Source: Nitrososphaeraceae archaeon
Lineage (GTDB): Archaea > Thermoproteota > Nitrososphaeria > Nitrososphaerales > Nitrososphaeraceae
Length of the DNA: 24,000 nucleotides
Reading direction: 5' to 3'
Assembly (NCBI GenBank): GCA_019246625.1
Contig: JAFAQB010000461.1
Location: 1-24,000, forward strand
In this document: positions 8,097 to 17,290 of the stretch, piece by piece
Layout: every line of letters starts with the position of its first letter
How positions within the stretch are numbered: the stretch's first letter is position 1
Position numbers and translations under genes: made by a program
Notes under the pieces: generated by a model
Seen by the model: only the letters and a program-made list of their open reading frames with translations
The model's database searches: none
Told to the model about the DNA's origin: nothing

Positions 8097-9458
8097 CTGG
8101 TGGTTTTCCTTCAGTCAGATAAAATAAAAATAGGTTGCTCTAAACGGGATCATGATTATATCAGTTATTCCTTGAATTTTCATACCAAGTTCGTCATTGC
8201 TATGGTGCATATACTGCTATTATTATATCATAAAGGTGTTCAACATCTAATAGCATCTTGGGTGTATGTGGAGTGGTAGTAAGCCAGATTAATACTGCAG
8301 GAACTGACGCACATACAATGATAGTAAGGATGATTAGCCATACAGCAGTCATCTTTTCAACCATAATTTACCAGTTTTCTAGATGGTATATAAATTTAAG
8401 TCCAATGTATATATGTATATATCATCAGAATCACTCTTCTCTTCACCGCTATAGTCTTCTGAATTAGCCAAGTATATCATCGTACATACACCATTGTCAA
8501 AGCGTCTCTTATGGTTATTTCCAGCATTTTTCTTCTAATTTTGTTCTATTTGGTTGATCCTTTATTCCGTCTATTTAATTATGCTAAGTATACTTCTGCT
8601 GTCTTTTGCTAAGGCCAATGATTACGTCATAGTAGTTAATAAGATAGATTGATTAAATTTGGAACAGATGACACTCAATAAGGATTGTTATCATAATGAA
8701 ATTTTTAAAGCATTATAAATTACCGATTATTAAATCATATAAAATTCGCAAGTATTTTAATATTATCAACATATTTTAATATGTAATAGAATAACATAAC
8801 GAATATTAGAGTCATGTATTGTATCAAATAAAAAAACAACGTTTATCTTTTTGTAATGAGAATATTCAATGGAAATCCACCAATTTCTGTGGCCCTATCC
8901 TTTGGCTTGAAGTGGCAAGCTATGGGAGTGGGCTATTAAATTAAGATAACATTAAGACAATCTGGAGATCTTACTCTAGCTGGCACTCATCCCTCAGATT
9001 ATATTATTACCCCTTCTACACTAAACCTCTTTATTGCAAGATATCCATTTTTAACTGATAAATACGCAATGAATTTCGGGCTCGGTTTTCATCTCTTTTG
9101 GCATGTAGACCCTTCACTGCTTAACTATTCTTGGCTTTCTAATACTTTAGTTTTAGGCATGCAAGCAATATGATTAAGAATATTAGATCTCAAGTTAATA
9201 ATCCCTATGCAGTAATAACTAATGACATTACCTCAAATTTTACTCAAATTCTCACAATAATCTTACAATTCCCTTATGTCAACAAACACTAAATGCAATT
9301 ATGAATGGACTATATTAAATAACCATATAGGTAAGTAGGTAGATCATCCATCATCATGTGTTTTGTAAAACAAGCAAGATAAGGGATTTGTTATTGTAGT
9401 ATAATTCGTATAAAAATAGGATTATAAATAAGCGTATTTGACTTTCCTCTGCTAATAA

Positions 9459-10565
9459 ATGAGATTACTAGAATACCAAGGTAAAGAATTATTTGATCAA
9501 TATGCCATTAGAATTCCAAAGGCATGTCTCGCCCATAACGTCGATGAAGGCAAGGAAGCAGCAGCAAGACTTGGTTATCCAGTTGTATTAAAGTCACAAC
9601 TCATGGTCGGTGGTAGGGGCAAAGCTGGAGCCATCTTGAAATGCAAAACAGAAATGGAGATGGTATCGAAATTTAATGAACTTATGTATAAAGAGATAAA
9701 GGGTGAGATTCCCCGTGGCATTTTGGTTGAAGAAACAGTGGATCTGAAAAATGAACTCTATTTGTCTCTTTTCCTTAATAGGAGCAAGAGAACTTATTCC
9801 TTAATTGCATCAGCTGAAGGTGGAATGGAAATTGAGAATGTGGAGAATAAAATCATTATAGATATACCTATTAATGGGCTATCCTTGCAAAATGCAGAAG
9901 ATGTAGCACGTAAGATAGGACTAACTGGAAACACTTTAATCGCGTTTACTGATTTTACAATGAAACTTTCAAACCTTGTGAACGAGAAGGAAGCAGAATT
10001 AGCAGAAATTAACCCTGTAGGCATTCTTTATGATGGCTCTCTTGTTGCACTTGATGCAAAGGTCATCATTGATGACAACGCTATGTTTAGACATCCAGAA
10101 TTAAAAAAATACGAACAGATTCCCGAATTGCAAGCACAAGCTGAACAAAGTGGGTTTTCCTTGGTCGAGCTAGACGGCAATATCGCAATAATTGGAAATG
10201 GTGCAGGGTTAGTAATGTCAACATTAGACATGGTTTCAGATGCAGGTGGTAAAGCGGGATCTTTCCTTGACTTTGGCGGCAGAGCAACCACTGAAACAAT
10301 ATATGAGGCACTAAAAGTTATTAGCAAAATAAAAAAGATAGATGGAATTCTTGTGAATCTCTTTGGAGGAATAGTAAAAACAAACCTTGTTGCGTTAGCA
10401 ATACTTGAAGCATATAAAAACAAAGTAATTGGTGTGCCACTCTTTGCAAGGATCTCAGGAGCAGAATCTGAAAAAGCGAAAGAAATATTGAAAGGAAGTC
10501 AAGCTAAATTATATGATACTGTAGAAGAAGCAATATGCGCAGTAGTTAAAGAGGTTTCAAAATAA
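9459..10565 (+). CDS. sucC: Succinyl-CoA synthetase (ADP-forming) beta subunit
   Basis: MRLLEYQGKELF...VVLKSQLMVGGRGKAGAI is the ATP-grasp N-terminus. NIAIIGNGAGLVMSTLDMV...GSFLDFGGRAT...LVNLFGGIV is the CoA-ligase domain. The protein is collinear with E. coli SucC. A TATA-like TTATAAATA lies at 9422..9430. Confidence 0.9.
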   Translation: MRLLEYQGKELFDQYAIRIPKACLAHNVDEGKEAAARLGYPVVLKSQLMVGGRGKAGAILKCKTEMEMVSKFNELMYKEIKGEIPRGILVEETVDLKNELYLSLFLNRSKRTYSLIASAEGGMEIENVENKIIIDIPINGLSLQNAEDVARKIGLTGNTLIAFTDFTMKLSNLVNEKEAELAEINPVGILYDGSLVALDAKVIIDDNAMFRHPELKKYEQIPELQAQAEQSGFSLVELDGNIAIIGNGAGLVMSTLDMVSDAGGKAGSFLDFGGRATTETIYEALKVISKIKKIDGILVNLFGGIVKTNLVALAILEAYKNKVIGVPLFARISGAESEKAKEILKGSQAKLYDTVEEAICAVVKEVSK

Positions 10566-10570
10566 CGGAA

Positions 10571-11497
10571 TTGAATAAAATGTCTGAGGATTTTGATATC
10601 TTTGATATATTGATTGGAAAAGAGAGTGATAAAGACTATAAGAAAAAACCTATTATAATACAAGGTATAACTGGAAGTTATGGTTCCACGCATACTAGAT
10701 TAATGAAGGCTTATGGGTCAAATATTGTTGCAGGTGTTACTCCTGGTAAGGAGGGTCAAAATTTTGAAGGAACTCCTGTTTATAATAGCGTTTCAAAAGC
10801 AGTCAAAACATCAGGAGCCAAAATATCCGGAGTATTTGTTCCAGCAAACTTTTTCCTAGATGCTGCAAAAGAAGCATTGGATAATGGAATAAAATTGTTG
10901 ATTGCTATTCCAGAGCACATTCCAATTAAAGATTCAATAAAAATCCTTGAATATGCTCAAGTGCAAGGTGCAAAAATTATAGGACCCAACACTCCTGGCG
11001 TGATTGTGCCTGAAATAATGAAGGTGGGCATCATGCCTGTCCAACCATTCAAAGCAGGGAACGTAGTGGTGCTTTCACGTAGTGGAACTCTTATGTATGA
11101 AGTGTCTTATATATTGACAAGAGCAGGCTATGGACAAAAATTATGCATTGGCATAGGTGGAGACCCTATCAATGGAACAAATCTTGTTGAAGCCTTTAAT
11201 ATGGTCAGTGATAGAGAAGATGTCGAATCGATAGTAGTCGTAGGCGAAATAGGAGGAGACTCAGAGGAACAATTAGCAGATTATTTATTAAGAACAAAAT
11301 TCGCTAAACCAGTAGTTGCATATATTGCAGGAAGATTTGCTCCAAAAGAAAAGAGAATGGGACATGCAGGTGCAATTATTTATGGAAACTATGGTTCAGC
11401 TGATTCTAAAGTTAGTAATTTTGCAAAAGCAGATGTTCCTGTTGCAAAGCGTCCCTCAGACATACCAGAACTACTTTCAAAAAAGTTGGGAGACTAG
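10571..11497 (+). CDS. sucD: Succinyl-CoA synthetase alpha subunit
   Basis: IIIQGITGSYGSTHT...GVTPGKEG...SRSGTLMYE...IGIGGDPINGT...GEIGG..EE...KRMGHAGAII includes the phospho-His loop MGHAGA. The gene starts 5 nt after sucC. The ATG at 10580 is a plausible alternative to the TTG at 10571. Confidence 0.9.
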   Translation: MNKMSEDFDIFDILIGKESDKDYKKKPIIIQGITGSYGSTHTRLMKAYGSNIVAGVTPGKEGQNFEGTPVYNSVSKAVKTSGAKISGVFVPANFFLDAAKEALDNGIKLLIAIPEHIPIKDSIKILEYAQVQGAKIIGPNTPGVIVPEIMKVGIMPVQPFKAGNVVVLSRSGTLMYEVSYILTRAGYGQKLCIGIGGDPINGTNLVEAFNMVSDREDVESIVVVGEIGGDSEEQLADYLLRTKFAKPVVAYIAGRFAPKEKRMGHAGAIIYGNYGSADSKVSNFAKADVPVAKRPSDIPELLSKKLGD

Positions 11498-11766
11498 TTA
11501 TTATTAATGGCAACACATTTTTCATACTTGATTCAGCTTTTACAAGATAGTAGCAGACGTTACCTGTGGCAGTACCTAAGTTTTTAAAATTCGTTTAAAC
11601 GATAATAGATTTTTGCAGTTGACATATTTGGGAATCCTGTCAGGATTATTGATTTTCTTTGCCAATTAGTGACCTTTTACTCTGACATATTAATCCCATA
11701 TCCATGCATCTTGTATATGTAATGATGTGTTTCACTAAGTTAGTTTATTTGCCGTATTTCACTAAA

Positions 11767-11798
11767 TATTTAAATAGTATTAATTAGCATACTAATTA
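11767..11798 (+). promoter_or_regulatory. Putative marR promoter: TATA-like box plus perfect 7-bp inverted repeat (candidate MarR operator)
   Basis: The box TATTTAAATA lies at 11767..11776. TAATTAG-cata-CTAATTA at 11781..11798 sits between the box and the ATG at 11810. MarR regulators typically bind palindromes overlapping their own promoter. A 12-bp direct repeat GT(G/A)TTTCACTAA occurs just upstream, at 11727..11738 and 11754..11765. Confidence 0.4.
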
Positions 11799-11809
11799 TT
11801 AGTAATACT

Positions 11810-12376
11810 ATGCAAAATTATGATTTTGAAAATAGCATAGGGTTTATAGTTAATAGGACAGCAAGAGCTTTTATCAAAGCTCTTGATTCTGAATTGCGTT
11901 CTAGAACAGGAGTGACATTTGGTCAATGGAAGATCATGGTTATGCTTGTGAACCAAAATGGTCTCACTCAAAAAGAATTAGCTGATAGACTAGGTTTGGA
12001 AGGTCCAACCCTTATTCCGATTATAGATAAAATGGAAAAGGAAGGATTGGTGATAAGAAAAGTAGACACAGATGATAGACGAAATAATAGAATTTGTCGT
12101 ACAGATAAGGCAGACAAATTGTGGAATAAGATGTTAGAATGTGCCTTAAAAATAAGGCAAATTTCTGTAGAAGATATACCAGAAGAAAATATCAATGTTA
12201 TGAGAAATGCTTTAGATAAAATCTGGCAAAACCTAGAACTTAACTTCGATGTTTATGGTACAGTTATCGACAATACCATATTAGATTCAGCATCTAGTAG
12301 AAATGTAAATAAGAGTACCTCAATAGATGTAATTGACAAGGCAATAGCACCAACTAGAAGAAAAAAGGTAGAATAA
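11810..12376 (+). CDS. MarR-family transcriptional regulator (with about 40-aa C-terminal extension)
   Basis: The winged-HTH core is TFGQWKIMVMLVNQNGLTQKELADRLGLEGPTLIPIIDKMEKEGLVIRKVDTDDRRNNRICRTDKA. The gene ends 22 nt before the MFS gene. Confidence 0.85.
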   Translation: MQNYDFENSIGFIVNRTARAFIKALDSELRSRTGVTFGQWKIMVMLVNQNGLTQKELADRLGLEGPTLIPIIDKMEKEGLVIRKVDTDDRRNNRICRTDKADKLWNKMLECALKIRQISVEDIPEENINVMRNALDKIWQNLELNFDVYGTVIDNTILDSASSRNVNKSTSIDVIDKAIAPTRRKKVE

Positions 12377-12398
12377 TTACTAGGAATAAATTTTTAAA

Positions 12399-14021
12399 AT
12401 GGAACCATCATCACCACCGCATAAGCATTCTGAGAATAATGATAGTAATAATCCTTCTCCCTCTAATATGTATACATCATTACCTTCCAATTCTGTAAAA
12501 ATCTCTAGTTATGCATGGAAGGTGCTAGCTGTTCTAAGCTGCATTGCTACCATGGTAATGTATGCAGAAACAATGCTGATACCAGCTATTCCAGATCTTA
12601 TCAAGTATTTCCATGTTTCTTATAGTATGTCTTCATGGATTCTTACAGCCTACCTAGTGTCAGGAGCTGTTATGACTCCAATAGCCGGCAAATTATCAGA
12701 TATCTATGGTAGAAAGAAAATATTACTTATCATAATGGTGATTTATGCTGTAGGAGTTTCTTTATCAGGATTTGCAGCAAACATTTACTTTATGTTAATT
12801 GCTAGAGCAATCCAAGGAATAGGAATGTCTATGTTTCCTATAGCATTTGGTATTGTAAGAGATCAATTTCCAAGGGAAAAAATATCGATTGGTCAAGGAA
12901 TAATCACCTCTATGTTTGCATCAGGTGCAGTGATAGGATTAGCAGTGGGAGGAATCATAGTTCAAAATTATGGATGGCGTGCTACATTCTTTACAATAAT
13001 TCCAATCGCAATTGCTCTTCTTCTAATAATAAGACGATTTATTAATGTAGATGATGGTGGAGATCAGCAGCAACAGCAGGGTCAAAAACAATCACAAATT
13101 GTAGAAGATAAGAACATTAGAGAAACAAAAAGGAAGAACAATGAGAATATTATCGATAAAAAATCAGCAAATCAAATTGACATAAAAGGTGCAATAACAC
13201 TAGCAACTATGGTTACTTCGTTTCTATTAGTATTAACATTCATTGAAACATCTGACAACAATACTAATTCGTCAACTCAAATTCTAGTGCCTTTTCTATT
13301 GCTCGGAATCGTTTCATTCGTACTGTTTGTAGTAATTGAAAAACGAGCTAAACACCCGCTAGTAGACTTTAAGCTAATGCTGAACAAGTCAATACTTCCT
13401 GCAAATTTGATAATAATGCTCGTAGGATTATCTATGTTCATGATTTTTCAGACAATACCAATCTTAATAAGAAATCCTGGTCCAATTGGATTTGGCGAAG
13501 ATGCAATCAATACTGGAAAAGTACAGCTGCCGTTTGCCATAATACTTCTAATATTTGGTCCAACTTCTGGATTTATAATATCAAAATTAGGCTCGCTAAA
13601 ACCAATAATACTTGGTGCTTTTATAACGGCTGCAGCTTTCATTGGTTTACTCCTATTCCATTCAACTGAGTTACTGGTTTCAATAAACCTTGCAATACTA
13701 TCTACTGGATTATCCTTGACTAGTGTAGGAGCTATGAATGTCATTATACTTTCTACGCCGAGACAATTCACTGGCGTATCGTTGGGAATGAGTACACTTA
13801 TGAGGATAATAGGCAGTGCGGTAGGTCCAGCTTTGGCAGGAATGTATATGCAAACACATCAATCATTATTACATATAAACGGAATAGCACAATATTTTCC
13901 ATCACCTGGATCGTTTAACCTTATATTCTTCAGCGCGGTGGTATTATCAGTTGGTTCAATAGTGTTAGCAATAATATTAAGACAAAGAGTTCTAAAAATG
14001 GCAATACCAAATCTGGCCTAG
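12399..14021 (+). CDS. MFS transporter, drug:H+ antiporter (DHA2/EmrB-like, about 14 TM) with a Gln-rich cytoplasmic loop insertion
   Basis: MFS motif A-like GKLSDIYGRKKILL is present and many hydrophobic helices run throughout. A hydrophilic insert DDGGDQQQQQGQKQSQIVEDKNIRETKRKNNEN lies after about six helices. The gene appears co-transcribed with marR. Confidence 0.9.
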   Translation: MEPSSPPHKHSENNDSNNPSPSNMYTSLPSNSVKISSYAWKVLAVLSCIATMVMYAETMLIPAIPDLIKYFHVSYSMSSWILTAYLVSGAVMTPIAGKLSDIYGRKKILLIIMVIYAVGVSLSGFAANIYFMLIARAIQGIGMSMFPIAFGIVRDQFPREKISIGQGIITSMFASGAVIGLAVGGIIVQNYGWRATFFTIIPIAIALLLIIRRFINVDDGGDQQQQQGQKQSQIVEDKNIRETKRKNNENIIDKKSANQIDIKGAITLATMVTSFLLVLTFIETSDNNTNSSTQILVPFLLLGIVSFVLFVVIEKRAKHPLVDFKLMLNKSILPANLIIMLVGLSMFMIFQTIPILIRNPGPIGFGEDAINTGKVQLPFAIILLIFGPTSGFIISKLGSLKPIILGAFITAAAFIGLLLFHSTELLVSINLAILSTGLSLTSVGAMNVIILSTPRQFTGVSLGMSTLMRIIGSAVGPALAGMYMQTHQSLLHINGIAQYFPSPGSFNLIFFSAVVLSVGSIVLAIILRQRVLKMAIPNLA

Positions 14022-14152
14022 ATAACCAATCACCCTTCCTACAGCACATTCAATGGCATCGTGTCGGAGTATTTTAGCAGTCATCATCTACTACATGTCT
14101 CTACTTTCAACGCCAAATGATAACTTTATACTGGTAATCTATATTATTTATT

Positions 14153-14388
14153 CAACCCGCTGTTATGAAAGATCTTAACTTATTTTCGATTTCTTTTATA
14201 ATTCTCTGTATGATTCAAAACCAGTCATCATCGGCATTTCGAATTTAGATTAATAGGCTAGAGCATAAATTTCTCCATTGCTAGGAGGATCATAAACGCA
14301 TCACTTTGAAGCCTTTATCTTCAAGTACTTTTAATGTTAAATTGACAGCTGATTTGTCATCTGCAATTAATATTTTAGCAATCGATCT
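14153..14388 (-). pseudogene. Decayed response-regulator receiver (CheY-like) domain
   Basis: The minus-strand reading is RSIAKILIADDKSAVNLTLKVLEDKGFKV, then a stop. Homology continues in a second frame as YDPPSNGEIYALAY*SKFEMPMMTGFESYREL, and in the first frame again as IIKEIENKLRSFITAG*. This follows the receiver consensus KILivDD...L...GF.V..f.dp..AL......YDL.llDi.MP.m.GfelyreikkI...vk..fiTA. The element has no start codon, at least two frameshifts, at least one in-frame stop, and no Asp at the phospho-acceptor position. Confidence 0.7.
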
Positions 14389-14822
14389 ATGTCATGTCTG
14401 ATGGTCAAGACTGTTCTTTCATTAATGGTAGGCTAAAGTAGAATGAGACACAATTAGAGTACGTGTTATAATTTGAGTTGGCAGATTCCATCTATTCGAT
14501 TATACATTTTTATCATGGTGTTGAATGGTTCGATCGACCTCCACATATAGTTACGACAAATACTAAAAGCAACTATTTATTAAGTTGCGATATTCATCTT
14601 TATGGAATAACCTAGTTTAAGGGCCAAGCCAACAATTATTTTAAATCTCATCTCATGACTTTTACAATTGTCGAGCATCAGTAAATCTAACTAGAATTTG
14701 ATAGAACATTATACATTAATGTTAAGCGAAGATGAAATGATTGTCATCATAACAGTTTGTTATAATAATATTGCAAACTGATCTGACCAACACTTATCTA
14801 GTCCTAATCAATTGCTAATCAT

Positions 14823-15242
14823 ATGAGTTTGGATCTATCTGCTCCAGTCTCTGAATTTATGACAAAAATCGTAATAACAGTAACTCTTGACCAAACTATT
14901 CAAGCAGTATGCAAAATTATGTATGAAAACAATATCGGGAGCGTTGTTATTGTAAAAAGAGAAATAGACGGTTTTTCACCGATTGGAATACTTACAGAAC
15001 GAGACATAACGCATGCGCTAGGTTCAGTGGAACTATTTCCTACTCAGACGCCTGTAAGAGAATTAATGAGCACCAATATGATTTCTATAAAACCAGAAAG
15101 CTCCATACTCGATGCTGTAGTAATTATGCATGAAAATAATATTCGTAGGCTTCCTGTTATTGACGATAATGGAAAAATGACAGGAATAATCACAGACAAG
15201 CATATACTTGGCGCAATCGCTAAGAATCCCAATGCAACCTAA
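14823..15242 (+). CDS. CBS-domain pair protein
   Basis: Two CBS repeats are present. The first is VSEFMTKIVITVTLDQTIQAVCKIMYENNIGSVVIV...GILTERDI. The second is VRELMSTNMISIKPESSILDAVVIMHENNIRRLPVIDDNGKMTGIITDKHIL. Confidence 0.85.
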   Translation: MSLDLSAPVSEFMTKIVITVTLDQTIQAVCKIMYENNIGSVVIVKREIDGFSPIGILTERDITHALGSVELFPTQTPVRELMSTNMISIKPESSILDAVVIMHENNIRRLPVIDDNGKMTGIITDKHILGAIAKNPNAT

Positions 15243-15749
15243 GCCAAGGAAACTTCAAAGTATGAATGTAATTTTTATATCAGCATTTGAAGAAGGTTAT
15301 TTTATTATTAGCAGAAGTAGAATCTTTCTAGATAACAACGTTTCCTATACTAACAATACTCTACTTTTTTTGGTATTAACGTATCAATGCATTTGATACT
15401 AGTTATTTCTTATTTGATATGTGAGCAATGCGGGATTGTTATTCTGAATTCTGAAAATCAGCTGCTAAATAATATTGAACTCATATTACCTAACTGCAAG
15501 ATCAACATACTTTTTCATTGTCATCTTTGAAGGGCTCACTGTAGTGCTAACCATAAATAAAAATACCTGTAACAGAATATAATTTGCGAAATGAATGCAA
15601 AACACATATCCATCAATAAGTTTTGATACAGCAGTATTTTCCAGAATGAAGATACATAGCCGGGTGTAGTATTGGATGGTCATAAGACGAGCTACTGCTA
15701 CTTTGACTTGGGCTGTAAGGTTATATATAACACACATTTTTTTAAAGAT

Positions 15750-16610
15750 GTGTCTAAAGCCATTCAATTAGCCCCGAAGTATGTAGATCTTGTCTCCACT
15801 TTGGAAAAAAGACCAATCATTTGTACTCCTATAGACGCCAATAATGAGAAAGACTACTTAAAAAATTTGACAAGAGCTATAGAATGGAGTTCGGATTTAG
15901 CAGAATTTAGACTAGATTTCCTTAACGAAATAAATGATGAATCAATCTACAAGATAATTTCGAAATCGAAATTGCCATTGATCGTGACAAATCGCAATAA
16001 GGAGAACGGAGGTCGTTTTTCAGCAGGCGAAGAATTACGACTATCATTACTCAGTTCAGCTGTAATGGCAAAACCAGCATTTGTAGATATTGAGTTATCC
16101 ACTGATGGAAAAGATCGTTCCCATATAATTAATTTAGCAAGGGAAAATAAAGTTGGTATAATTTGCTCTTATCATGATTTTAACAAAACTCCAACTCCCA
16201 AAGAGATTTATGAAATATTTAGAAAAATATCAGAGACTACTGCAGATTTAGCTAAATTGGTATTCACTCCACAAAATAATAGAGATTTTAGAACCATATT
16301 AGAAGCTAATGATTCTCTGAAATATGAAGATACAGCATACACATTATTTGGGATGGGCAAAAAAGGACAAAATACACGTTTGATCTCTTTGTTGCTTGGG
16401 TCATGTTTGGCGTATTGTTCATTAGACGATACTAAAAATGGATTGTATCAAATATCCGTTGAGCAAATGAGATCATTTTTTGAACGCATAGAGAAACGCG
16501 GTTGGAGATCAATCAGAGAGAAACGACAAGACATACTCACACTTACGATGTCCGAATTTAACGATTATAATGACCATCCTCTGACATCTATAGAAAAACT
16601 AACTGCATAG
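15750..16610 (+). CDS. aroD: 3-dehydroquinate dehydratase, type I
   Basis: RPIICTPI...AEFRLDFL...FVDIEL...ICSYHDFNKTP (catalytic His context) ...ADLAKLVFTP (Schiff-base Lys context) ...TLFGMGKKGQNTRL. The track start (TTG at 15672) adds an implausible N-terminus. The in-frame GTG at 15750 lies 20-29 nt downstream of TTATATATAA (15721..15730) and gives an N-terminus of normal length. The TTG at 15801 is another candidate start. Confidence 0.8.
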   Translation: MSKAIQLAPKYVDLVSTLEKRPIICTPIDANNEKDYLKNLTRAIEWSSDLAEFRLDFLNEINDESIYKIISKSKLPLIVTNRNKENGGRFSAGEELRLSLLSSAVMAKPAFVDIELSTDGKDRSHIINLARENKVGIICSYHDFNKTPTPKEIYEIFRKISETTADLAKLVFTPQNNRDFRTILEANDSLKYEDTAYTLFGMGKKGQNTRLISLLLGSCLAYCSLDDTKNGLYQISVEQMRSFFERIEKRGWRSIREKRQDILTLTMSEFNDYNDHPLTSIEKLTA

Positions 16611-16710
16611 CAAGTTTAAAATCCAAACCAAGATAACCGTTTTAAAAGAGATTATTTAAAAATTATAGTATTTCATAATAGAAGCATGTAAAAAATTATC
16701 TACTCCTCTA

Positions 16711-16893
16711 CTATTTTATTATTCTTCTTCCTTTCCGTTTATCATGTGTACTTGGTTCTTCCTCATTTGATATAGGAGTAGCAGGATGACTTATTTTTCG
16801 GGTTGGTTTTGGTTGCTCATCTAGTTCAAATTCCTTGGCGTCTTCAGTACTCAGACCTGGTTTCTCAATTTGTTTTTTATTACTACTTGTCAT
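16711..16893 (-). CDS. Small charged/Pro-rich hypothetical protein
   Basis: From the ATG the ORF is 60 aa (MTSSNKKQIEKPGLSTEDAKEFELDEQPKPTRK...). It looks disordered, has no recognisable domain, and could be non-coding. Confidence 0.25.
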   Translation of the reverse strand: MTSSNKKQIEKPGLSTEDAKEFELDEQPKPTRKISHPATPISNEEEPSTHDKRKGRRIIK

Positions 16894-16923
16894 CTTATAA
16901 CCCCTTATCAAGCTATACTTTAT

Positions 16924-17290
16924 ATGCTAAGAAGGTTTTCAGGTCCAATTGACATACAAATACAAACTTTTTCGACTCTGGTAGTTGCATGACTACAATT
17001 CAAATTCTAAATTCAACTAAGTGGAGTTCTAAAGTATACAAATAATGGTAAGAGTATATTAGGTAAAGTCGTAAAATGATATATAGGTGATTAGGAAAGC
17101 GCCTCTTTATTTGGTTAGGTCGTTTTGTGCATGAAACAAATTCCAGGCTGTAGAATTCTAGACTATCCATGTGTACTCCACACCTTGAAAAGGGTGATTG
17201 AGGATGGCGCATATGATAGTAATAGGGATTTTACATATTTGTATGATGCAATTTACCTGGAGCCTTCCACAAAATTATATATCGTTGTCT
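16924..17290 (+). mobile_element. Degraded IS4/IS5-type DDE transposase relic (no intact ORF, no terminal repeats identified)
   Basis: A single frame, interrupted by about five in-frame stops, reads ...LVVA*LQFKF*IQLSGVLKYTNNGKSILGKVVK*YIGD*ESASLFG*VVLCMKQIPGCRILD...LKRVIEDGAYDSNRDFTYLYDAIYLEPSTKL. The core vi.DGAYDS...F.YL....I.P.IK is the hallmark block containing the second catalytic Asp of archaeal/bacterial IS4/IS5 DDE transposases. The upstream part resembles the ..evT....hD...l..Lv block. Confidence 0.55.

Noticed and set aside
8258-8467. 69-aa plus-strand ORF in the long gap
   Set aside because: It has a TTG start, an implausible sequence and no promoter-like context. It also overlaps the slightly more plausible minus-strand 50-aa hydrophobic peptide (8200..8352), which is itself too weak to call.
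8856-9173. 105-codon frame with a single in-frame TAA, considered as a pseudogene
   Set aside because: I recognise no family. Given the stop-codon frequency of this base composition, several open stretches of 75-80 codons are expected by chance in the window. It is kept only as a note under the gap finding.
9794-10423. Minus-strand ORFs 9794..10024, 10028..10423 and 10087..10311 inside sucC
   Set aside because: These are shadow ORFs antisense to a strongly supported gene, and their translations are low-complexity with no motifs. The same reasoning applies to 4937..5122, 5737..5955, 6081..6266, 7300..7485, 10499..10693, 11316..11507, 11968..12195, 13448..13771, 15044..15232 and 21061..21429.
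15486-15767. 93-aa minus-strand ORF upstream of aroD
   Set aside because: It covers the probable aroD promoter, has an implausible sequence, and is of a length compatible with chance.
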